NCBI RefSeq assembly: GCF_902459465.1
Contig: NC_047082.1
Coordinates: forward strand, 2,542,001 to 2,606,000
Direction of reading: 5' to 3'
From: Asterias rubens
Lineage: Eukaryota
DNA length: 64,000 nucleotides
Shown: positions 47,901 to 64,000 of the stretch, piece after piece
Layout: the number at the start of each line of letters is the position of its first letter
Numbering within the stretch: position 1 is the first letter of the stretch
The notes under the pieces: model-generated
Seen by the model: the letters and a program-made list of their open reading frames with translations, nothing else
The model's database searches: none
What the model was told of the DNA's origin: nothing
Translations under genes and position numbers: made by a program

Positions 47901-50469
47901 TCTGTCTGTAGATTTGCTCCTGTAGTTCGGCACAATGTTGTGGTCCAGCTAAACGTTCTGGCGGTCCACTGGGTTGCAGGAATTTTCCCACGTTTATGTG
48001 CACTTAGATTAGAATGTACCGTATTTGTGAGCTGCTTCACTAAAGATAGGGTAGAGCCTCAATGATCATAATTAATATTCTGTCTGTCTTTCTGTCTTTT
48101 CTACAGCAGAGTAAGCCCTCTCTTGTGATGACCAGTATTCATGGGGGGTAAGTAGTACTTTTACACATTTCATCAAATCTGAATATGGAGCAGAATTCAG
48201 AATTGAAAATTAGGTGTCTGAAGTTGCTTGTAAATTGACAAAATTGCATGGTTCACTTACCAAGCTAAACTTTGGCTATGGTGAACACCTGGAAATAGTT
48301 CAACTTCTTGCTTGATAGGCTCTAGGCCTGGAATTTTAACTTTGAAAGGACAATGCCATTTTCATTTTGCAAAGGGCACTTCCATTGGAAATTTTTAAAG
48401 ACAATGGGAAACTTTTGAAGGGGCACCAAGACTCGAACCTCGGTCAATGAAGGCCATGGCCTCTGTGACCTGCATGTAATCCAGTCTTTAGTGTTAGTTG
48501 TTATCCATGTGAGTAACTTTTCTGTTTGTCCTTTCCTTCCTTACAAAGTGATCAAGACCTGGTCCTGTCAGTCGTCAAGAAACTCAAAGGCTTCAGTGTA
48601 GAAGAGAGGGTTTCAACGACAACAACGCATATCGTCTGTGGTGAGAACCGACGGACGTTGAACGTCCTACGAGGTATCGCCAGAGGTTGCTGGTTCCTGT
48701 CCTTAGAATGGGTAGGTCCACTACAGCGCTTAGTTTCATAAAGCCTGTAAGCACAAACAAAAACTTGCTAAGCACAGAAAAGTAATGCTTAACAGAAGTA
48801 AGTTACCAGCCCAAATTGTATTCAGTTCACATTGGTGCGACTGGGTGCCCCACTCAAAGTCTTGTCAGTGGACCTGGAGTTTATCAAGTTATTTAACAGT
48901 ATAATAGATCTTAAATTTGCATCAGGGATAAAGAATTTTATTTGGTTCACCTTTTGGTGTGGTACCGCTGCTAAAATAGAGGATTCCAACTGCCTCTAGC
49001 TACCTGGCAAGCTTGGTTGTCAAGTAAAGACATCTAATCTGGAATGGTTGAAACTTACTTGTGTTCCAATAATTACTAATTGTGTAAATGGTCTTTAAGT
49101 TTGACCTATTTTTTGTCTTCTTTTTTGTTAAGGTACTGAAGTCATTAGAAGCAGAGAAATGGCTTCCTGAAGAAAATTATGAAATAAAGGATTTTTTCCC
49201 ATCAGCCAAGGTTTGAATCTGTCTCGTTATGTTTCTGTTTCCTTTTTAGTCTTTGAGGTTGTTTAGATACAGAACTAAAGTTGGTTTAAAGCAGTTTTAA
49301 CTCATTCAGCTTTAACTTTATGTGTCGGAACGCTCTTAAAACTTTGACGACTGGTTTAATGCTCAACCACTTCAGTTTTAGCCGGACAGAATAAATACAA
49401 CCAAATCCGGTTTTAACTCCTCACAGGTGACCGGTGACCCAAGACATGCTCCATAACACGCCATCAGTTGTGAAAGCAAGCATCTTTTCTACTTGCGTGT
49501 AGAGGATGTTGTTGTGTTGGGTCACGGTGCTGTGTGACCTCTTAAAACCCAAGATAAACTGTATCTGGTTTAACTTTGAGCTGTCTGAATGCAGGGTGGT
49601 TTTATTTGTATGACTGCCCCCCGCTACTCGTAAACTTTAAATCGTTTGGTTCTAACTTTAGTACGCTGTCTGATTAGTTACATGCCTGCTTTATATTGAT
49701 CTGGATCTCAGTTTTTATTTTCTTTCCCTTACCCCCTTCATCTTTCTTGACCCCATTCTAGATGGCAAGATTAGAACGTTCCAGCTCCACAGACTCCTTC
49801 AAGCAAGATCTCTTCTCCACCATGGGAGCGGTCTTCATTAGGGACACAACAAGCCCACCCAAGGCAGACCTGACGGAGTTACTAGAACTCTGCTGTGGGC
49901 AGACATGTAGCAATGTTAAACAAGCTAGTATATGCATCGGGGGAGTGAAGAATCAACAAAATGAAGTACCAGTTGTTTCAGAAAGGTGGTTGTTAGGTAA
50001 GTAGGGGTGGAATTAGGGAAGATGTTGATATACTCTTTGAAGTCCGCGGGAGGCTGGAGAGATTCTTTTTAGGGGTCAATTTCACAAAGATGGTCCTAAC
50101 TTAAGACTGGTCCTCTTTGCGAGTTATTAAGAGCTTAATGCTAATCCTAAGTTAGGACGAGTAACTCCTCCTAACTTGAGATAACACTAGTCTTAACCCT
50201 TTGTGAAATCCACCTTAGGTCAGATACCTAAAGGTTTGACTAAAAATTGTTACTTCTCTACATCCACACCATAGAAAGTTTTAGACACCCTATAAGATAA
50301 ATGTATGGAGTGCAGAATTTGCAAACGGAAATCAACTTGATACCAATGCCTCTGGATGATGTACGGTGTTGACTATAGCAATTGATAACAATGCCATTTC
50401 TTTCCCATGTATTTTCTAGACTGTGTAACTCAACATCGGCAACTTCCATTTGAAGACTACCTGCTATGA
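38933..50469 (+). CDS. MCPH1: Microcephalin (N-terminal BRCT, long low-complexity linker, C-terminal tandem BRCT), 16 coding exons, about 905 aa
   Basis: Hand-assembled GT-AG exons in consistent phase: 38933-38980, 40622-40769, 40903-40988, 41416-41540, 42492-42582, 42724-42847, 43225-43286, 44184-44310, 45317-45472, 46281-47090, 47325-47698, 48107-48147 (NAGNAG alternative 48110), 48549-48711, 49133-49210, 49762-49996, 50420-50469 (TGA); total 2718 nt. BRCT1 reads VLKD|[28 protein letters not shown]|[37 protein letters not shown], followed by MQPKSF. C-terminal BRCTs read [68 protein letters not shown]. These match my recollection of vertebrate MCPH1 ([43 protein letters not shown]). Exon 1 and the linker exons are less certain than the BRCT exons. 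Confidence 0.93.
39205..39334. mobile_element. Small TIR element in MCPH1 intron 1
   Basis: TTTCCGTATGGTGCCACCACTTT ... AAAGTGGTGGCGCCATACGGAAA. Confidence 0.7.
39760..40082 (-). mobile_element. tRNA-derived SINE with a V-domain-like core and (ATT)n tail
   Basis: Minus strand: tRNA-like head (CGCTCGCCTCTCACCAAGGTGACCCGGTTTGATTCC), then GAGGGTTTTCC..GGTTTTCCTCCC, then ATTATTATT tail. Related copy at about 17365-17585 (+). The V-domain resemblance is from memory. Confidence 0.65.
40120..40440 (+). mobile_element. tRNA-Leu-derived SINE (family D)
   Basis: A-box TGGCCGAGCGGTTAAG, B-box GGTTCGAATCCC, then central GTGTCCTTAAGCAAGACACTTAACC box. Copies at 60410-60795 (+), 12720-13135 (-, split by family C), 34840-35035 (-), 42878-42985 (+), 54915-55200 (-, split by family B), 55578-55905 (+, different tail), 59078-59745 (+, split by family A). 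Confidence 0.85.
41938..42312. mobile_element. MITE family A copy in an MCPH1 intron
   Basis: Left TIR after TTAA, family body, degenerate right TIR. Confidence 0.8.
43295..43975. repeat. ~197-bp tandem repeat with an internal ~95-bp subunit, in an MCPH1 intron
   Basis: TCAACCCTCCTACT.CCTGACCATT recurs at about 43302, 43408, 43498, 43605, 43861 and 43958. Related sequence at 58010-58190. Confidence 0.8.
44585..44760 (-). pseudogene. L2-group LINE ORF2 fragment in an MCPH1 intron
   Basis: Minus translation [54 protein letters not shown] shows the HITP.L..LHWLP...RI.YK motif with two stops. Confidence 0.85.
44785..45026. mobile_element. MITE family B (PIF/Harbinger-like, CWG target), exemplar copy
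   Basis: CTG|GGCCCAATTTCATAGAGCTGCTAAGC ... GCTTAGCAGCTCTATGAAATCGGGCC|CTG with an exact CTG duplication. Relatives at about 7680-8027, 11730-11866, 15835-16060, 20945-21198, 21250-21330, 24909-25096, 33631-33830, 35160-35337, 37090-37264, 48745-48860, 54945-55131, 58763-58830 and 63296-63498. Confidence 0.85.
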
Positions 50470-50573
50470 GTGTGACATAACTCTTTGCGTCACGTTCAAC
50501 AAGAAATATCCGATTCGGCTGTTATGAAAACCTGACTTCTTTCATCATCCACGGCTCACCACAATTCCAGAGA

Positions 50574-50587
50574 ACGCCCTCTACTGG
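50574..50587 (-). promoter_or_regulatory. CTCF-like motif downstream of the MCPH1 stop
   Basis: Minus strand reads CCAGTAGAGGGCGT, matching CCASYAGRKGGCR. Confidence 0.35.
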
Positions 50588-51100
50588 TGGAATGGTGACA
50601 TGTATGTAGTGTTGAGTCTGCATGGTTTACTAAAATGAACACCTTGGACCAAGACTAAAGAGCAATCAGTTATTGATACTCAATGGAATGGAATGAGTTT
50701 CTTTGAAGGGTTTAGGTGTCATTCCTGCAACGAGATAATCCAACCGTTAGAGATTAAATCTTTATAATTTTTTATAATTTAAAATTTTGTTCCTTTCTTG
50801 GGTACGATATTTGGTGATTGATGATCGCCCTTCCAGCAGGAGATCTTCCAGTGATACTTATGTTGTCAAAATTCAGTGCTCATGGGTTTTCAGTTAGGAC
50901 TTTGTGTAAAATCGATTTAAAAAATGTATGCACAAGAAAAGGAGCAAACTGCCTTGTAACCGTATTACTCATTCACTTTCAACCTATCTTTATATATACA
51001 GACAATATAATGAAAATTTAATTTAATTTCATGGAACTTTCAGAATGTTTTTTTCAAAGTTGACTACGGTACTCAGTTAGTTTATTTATAGGCATGTTAA

Positions 51101-51445
51101 AGATACTATGTCAGATTTTTTGCAGATTTGACCCAAGGTATTTTGATGGGGGTCGAAAAAGTTACAAGCTTTCATTTGAGCCATCGCTCGAAAAAGTCTG
51201 CCAATTATTAGTAGCAGTGAAATAAAGTGCTCAAAATAAGTTTTTGTCGGGATCTCGACAATATATCACGTGACCAATTCTTATGTGTTTTATAAGAAAC
51301 GTTTTAAATTGTTCTCATGGTTCCTGACCATTAAAAGTAAAAGTTAAACTTGTTTTCGTTAGAGCGGGTGATACTCTTTAAAATACCATTCACTCAAAAA
51401 GAACTATTTATTAATGTTTCGGGCCAAAAATCTGACATAGCATCT
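51101..51445. mobile_element. Second Kolobok-like MITE family (345 bp)
   Basis: TTAA|AGATACTATGTCAGATTTTT ... AAAAATCTGACATAGCATCT|TTAA, TIR match 19/20. Confidence 0.85.
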
Positions 51446-53046
51446 TTAATAATGTATCAACCAAATTGCATTAAACGTAGGGTCAAACTTATATAACGCC
51501 CTCGACCAAGTTTGTGTACAATTTATCCAAAAGCTTACTTGTTCTAAAGATGGTAATAGTAGTAAGCATCCTGCGAAAATGTTTGTACAAAAGTGCTTAT
51601 GTTGATTTAAAAACCCATTCACAGAATGTCAACGGAGTTGAATCTCCAAACATTCCTAATAAGGGGACTCTGTGAGATTCACATTTCTGTGATGTCAGTT
51701 TGTGAACGCTGTGGCCGATATGTGATATGCACCTGCCGTCATCTCGCTAAATGTTGATGTATTGTTCAACGTTCTTGATGAAAGTACTGTAATTTTTTTC
51801 GCTGTTTTCTAAGCAAGTAGACACTTGGCTCAGCAAAAACTTTCAGAGGTGCCTTTTATTGTGTCTTTATTGATAATTTTGCCCATAAATCAACAATAAG
51901 ATGACAAAAGCATCCTATATAACGTTACCCTACTATAAGTTTATGATTTTTTTTTAATGAGTTTACCTAACTACTTTTGTAATAAATAATTTTGCAATGA
52001 ATTTTGAATGACTGAAAAATAAAGAATTAAAATCCTTTTAAATAAATATTTTTGTTTTCATCAGTAAAAGTGTTTTCTAACTTATGTTGGTTCAACCCAT
52101 AGAATAAATCAATTGTCTTTGGGGTCAAATACTATGTCTGAACAAAACTTTAGCTGTGACAGAAAGTGGTGCTACTAAAATCTGCCACTTAAGAAGAGTT
52201 CCCATTGGTGGAAAGTTAAGTCATTGGTCAATCTCTTGTTAAATTAACCAATCAAAGACAAACACTGAAGTAGGCCTAATCTTGATTGGCTGCCTTCTGC
52301 AGGTGGATTCCTAGGATGTTGGAAAACTTTCTTTGTTGAAGGGAGGGTAATGTACTTTAGGGAGTGGGCCAACCCTTTTCAAAGCCTGTGTGGCCAACTT
52401 CTGATTATTGAACTGTGAATAATCTTGCAGGTACAGCTATTTGGAAAATACCCTTTGAAATCTCACAAAAGAAATTTACACATGGTTGTACTGCAAGATT
52501 ACTATTTATCTACATTTTCCCTATTTATCCCCACCCCCATGCAAAGCTTTCAAATGCGACTAGAACAAACCAAAATCGGCATTCGGCCGAGAGATTGTTA
52601 AACTAGCTAACCAGTCCTTATAACAGTGTTAACCGCGGTGGTGCAAACCACCACACACAATGCAGCAGGGTCCGGGCGGACATGATTGCGTATGCAAAAC
52701 CGTCCGGCGGACATTATTGCATATGTAATAATGTCCTCCGGATAGTATTGCATAGAGGACATAATTGCATGCGACACCGGCAAGTCCTGAAAGTCGGCCA
52801 CCGACTTTGGCAAGTCGAGTAAAAATAGTCTTGTACCCAAACTCTGGATGTACTATATCTGCATTATAATAACGCATTCTAAGTAATTGGTTTGTGTGGG
52901 GCACTTGCTATGTCACCTAACAACAAATTGGACATCGATTCCCCTTGAATATTGAGGAAGAAAGTAAAGTTAGTGTCAATAAAAGTTGCATTTTGGGGGG
53001 TTCTGAGGTATTATTGTAGCCCAAATGCGATATTAGTTGTGCCTTC

Positions 53047-60387
<7,341 letters not shown>

Positions 60388-60409
60388 GGCAATTTGGTAT
60401 CTATATTTT

Positions 60410-60795
60410 GGGAGTGTCGTGGCCGAGCGGTTAAGAGCACCGAATTCAAACTCTGGTGTTTCTGATCAGCAGAGTGTGGGTTCGAATCCCCAGCCATGAC
60501 ACTTGTGTCCTTAAGTAAGACACACAACCATTGCTTCGTCCTTCGGATGGGACGTAAAGCCGTTGGTCCCATGTGTTGTGTAAATGCATGTAAAAGAACC
60601 CAGTGCACTTATCGAAAAGAGAAGGGGTCCGCCCCGGTGTTCCTGGCTGGATTGGCAGCATATTGCGCCACAGCACCTTGTAAACCATTACATGGTGCTT
60701 AAGGATTAGGTCTTATATCTCAAAATTTGCCCCACTCCTTGCAGTAATAATACCTGGCGCTTTGTATCCTTTGGCAAAAGGCGCGTTATAAATAC
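60410..60795 (+). mobile_element. tRNA-Leu-derived SINE (family D), full-length, 22 nt after the CYP stop codon
   Basis: Near-identical to 40120-40440. Confidence 0.88.
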
Positions 60796-60944
60796 GGTTA
60801 TTATCTTTGCTCAAATTCATAGAGCTACTTCTAAGATATGCTGAACAAGCTAATGAAGAAAACAAATTGTTAGAGGAACCTTGCATCAGTATGTTAAATC
60901 ATCTGAAACAACAGTATTGTAGCACACGTACTTAATACTAATAT

Positions 60945-61120
60945 TGGAGTACTGCTCTAGTACCATTTTGATCTTACATGTTCTCATACTTGTTACTCAT
61001 ACTGGAGCACTACTCTAGTACCATTTTGATGGTACTTGTAGTTATACTTGGAACTTGTACTCGAGAACTACTATAGTACCATTTTGATGGTACATGTACT
61101 CATACTTGGTACTCATATTT
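60945..61120. repeat. ~60-bp tandem repeat, 3 copies
   Basis: CTAGTACCATTTTGAT(C/G)..TAC.TG recurs three times. Confidence 0.75.
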
Positions 61121-62182
61121 ATACCCAGATTGCAAAATACTTCTATTAAAAGTCCATATTCCGATACTTGACCGAAAAAGAATCTACTTAAATTATGTAA
61201 ATCAATACTCAACTGAAAATGTACTTGGATTCTTATTTGAAGAAAAACAACAGCATTCCTTTTTGTTTTCTGACAATGCATCAATTCAAGTAATATAGGA
61301 ATATAGCTCTGGAATAGATTTTTCACAAAGTTTTTGAAAAAAATATTTCAAACCTCGAATTTTTAATTGTTAAAGTGTCTATAATTGTATTATTTAACAT
61401 TTTTTAACAAAAGGGCATTTATGAATGGGAATAAAACAGCAGTGACTGGTTCTTAAACGTCCGTTTAAAACCTTGCAGGGTCGTTGCCGTGCGATCTTTA
61501 TCACACGGCCGCCGACCCTGAAAAGGTAACATTGTCGGACCTATTTATAGGTGTGATGCAAATTGTCATTTTTTAATTGAAGTAAGATGACAATTTTATG
61601 TACTTAAAATTTATTTTTTCAAGCTTTTTGGTGAATTTTCATAGTAAAGAAATGTGGGAAATTTTTATTAACTATATTTAATTTGAAAGCTTACTATTAG
61701 TCTTCTTATCTTATCTGTTTATCGACTGACTGAAATTTTATCTTTTGTCATTCCCTTCTTGTTTTATTTTAATGTTTTCAGTATTTTTCAAAATAATGAC
61801 CTCGGATAGAAGGAATTATGAGTTTATTAATAATAATGTGTGTTAGGAGTTTGAACAAATAGAACAGAATGAAGTGTTTTTTAATTAATTGTGCACCATA
61901 CTTTAGGTTTATTTTTATTATGTATGAATTTATTTGGCAACTTTATGAAAAAGGCATTCAAACTAACATCATTCGGGTATCAGTAATTGGTTTTCAATTG
62001 ATGGGACCAACAGGAAACATTTATATATTTATTATATTTTTAATCTTATTTAATCACATCTTTTTAATTATAAATAAACAAATTAATCTTTCGCTTATTG
62101 GATGTATATTAGTTTTCACTGCATACTGCGATTCGATATTGTTGCACACTTACTGCAGTTTTTGACAACTTATTGTCGGGAT

Positions 62183-62396
62183 CTCGACAATATATCACGT
62201 GACCAATTCCAAAATCGGCATTCGGCCAAGAGATTGTTAAACTAGCTAACCAGTCCTTATAACAGTGTTAACCGCGGTGGTGCAAACCACCACCGCGGTT
62301 AACACTGTTAACACTGTTATAAGGACTGGTTAGCTAGTTTAACAATCTCTTGGCCGAATGCCGATTTTGGAATTGGTCACGTGATATATTGTCGAG
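62183..62396. repeat. Long fold-back palindrome
   Basis: Arms 62183-62282 and 62288-62396 are exact reverse complements apart from a 9-bp duplication (AACACTGTT) in the right arm; loop is CAAAC. Confidence 0.95.
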
Positions 62397-62546
62397 CTCC
62401 GGATATCCACCATCCAGGGGCCGGGTGGTGCAAACCACCACACACAATGCAGCAGGGTCCGGGCGGACATGATTGCGTATGCAAAACCGTCTGAGATATT
62501 ATTTTAGCCCAAATGCGATATTAGTTGTGCCTTCTTGGAGTCAAAG

Positions 62547-62716
62547 ATGGAGAATGCAGAGTTAATGCCCACGTACGGCGTGTACATGGTGTATGTTTTA
62601 GGTGGTTTTCTGGCCAGTGTTGTTGGAGTAGTTCTGCTATTGATTACGTTTTGGACTCTGTACACACACAGAGTACACCAGAAATATCGGCACATACCTG
62701 GACCGAAGTTAGGACA
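62547..62716 (+). CDS. Exon 1 of a second CYP46A1-like copy (rest of gene outside the window or absent)
   Basis: 170 nt from ATG 62547 to donor CA|GTAAGT, with 3 differences from 53059-53228. Homology continues about 100 nt into intron 1 (to ~62815) and then stops. No exon 2 is seen before base 64000. Confidence 0.8.
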
Positions 62717-63559
62717 GTAAGTATAAATTATGATTTAATTCAGGTTTTCTTATGTAGTGGATTTGCCGGTACTATGAAGGCCTTTGTTGGCGTTTCTCGG
62801 TTTGTGTGTGGTCCTAAAAATAGTCTAGGTTCCTAGACCATTGGTGTTGCGTGGTCACACAAAACCAACGTTCCGATTATGCACGGCAAAAACTGTACAC
62901 AGGACATTTGCAACGACGGGTCATAACTTTTTTATTGTTTTTCGGCAAATCTCCCCCGACTTTCCGGTGGAGCCAATCAGAGGCTGCGTTGCGGTTGGCT
63001 CATGAATAATTCATCAGTGTTGTGCATGCAGTGTGTACAATGCATGCAGTAATTGCGTTGCATGGCTTTTGCTATACTCTGCATGTGTGTGTGTGGGTAT
63101 AATTATGTTTTTATCGGAGTATAATAATGTCCAGATCAGTACGATTTGAAACTTTGCCACATGGTGGAAATACGATAAAGGAAGGTTTGCGGTACCACCA
63201 CAAACCTTTCTATGTATAATATCCAGATCCAGACTACTGCATTGCCATGATGCAGCTTGAAATGCGATCGTGGCGTTATGCTCCCGACGTGCCAGGGCCC
63301 ACACTGATGAAGCCTGTATTGGCTAAACAATTTGCTTATAGTTAAATAGTATTGCTTAGCAGAAACTGGTTACCAGCCAATTTTTAATTAAATTTGAAAT
63401 GTTGTAGACTTATGCCTAGTGCCCACCTAAATTTTTGGATAGTAAAGCAATTTTGTACAGTATTTTCTGCTTTAATAACAGATATTAACTGGTGGGCCCT
63501 GTAGTGTTATTCACAGTGAAAGTTTTTTAATCTTGGGGGAAGGAAATCTTGAGGGATTC

Positions 63560-64000
63560 AAAAGCGTCTTTGTGAGAATGTATTTTGAAACGTAACCGTA
63601 GCTGCAGATCTTGGAACGTAAGCGTAGCTTGACTCGGGATTGAAAGCGTACTTTTTGATATTGTAGCGTAACCTAAACGTATCTTGGAGTGTATAAGCGT
63701 AGCTGAGTAGCTGCGTAGCTTGGAACGTAACAGTATCTTTTGGAGCGTAAGCATATCTTGGAACGTAATTCGTAGCTGCGTATCTTGGAACGTAAGCATA
63801 ACTTGACATGGGATTGAAAGCGTACCTTTTGATATTATAGCGTAACTTGAAGGAACATAAGCAGATCTGTAAGAGTAGCTGTGTAGCTTGGAACGTTGAC
63901 ATCTTTTGGAACGTAAGCATATCTTGGACTGAAGCGTAGCATCTTGGAACATAGAGCTGCGAACACGTAGCTGCGTATCTTTGAACGTAAGCATAGCTTG
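63560..64000. repeat. Satellite with a ~16-bp basic unit and a ~174-bp higher-order period
   Basis: TCTTGGAACGTAAGC(G/A)TA units; GGGATTGAAAGCGTAC recurs at 63636 and 63810. Confidence 0.85.

Noticed and set aside
60410-60490. tRNA-like head with a TTCAAAC loop and long variable arm, suggesting tRNA-Sec or an opal suppressor
   Set aside because: In register the loop gives anticodon CAA (the copy at 55578 reads CCGGA-TTCAAGC-TCTGG, like tRNA-Leu-CAA). There is no acceptor-stem pairing and the sequence runs into a SINE body present in many copies. No genuine tRNA gene is supported in the window.
63527-63994. 155-aa and 120-aa minus-strand ORFs
   Set aside because: They are translations of the satellite monomer, with no splice or start context.

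Overview
AT-rich animal genomic DNA with spliceosomal GT-AG introns. The repeat families and gene set suggest a marine deuterostome invertebrate, probably an echinoderm such as a sea star; this is inferred, not proven. Bases 1-38,700 contain no gene I can identify. They are packed with non-autonomous transposons (TTAA-target Kolobok-like MITEs, CWG-target PIF/Harbinger-like MITEs), tRNA-derived SINEs, decayed LINE pieces, minisatellites, fold-back palindromes and hammerhead-like motifs. A 16-exon microcephalin (MCPH1) gene runs on + from 38,933 to 50,469 (about 905 aa, three BRCT domains). A complete 13-exon CYP46A1-like cytochrome P450 follows on + (53,047-60,387). At 62.2-62.8 kb lies a 98%-identical copy of that P450's exon 1. 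Its upstream region is a patchwork of three pieces of the first copy's upstream DNA plus a ~214-bp fold-back palindrome, which is the most striking structure in the window. All gene models were built by hand from splice sites and reading phase; no database searches were run.
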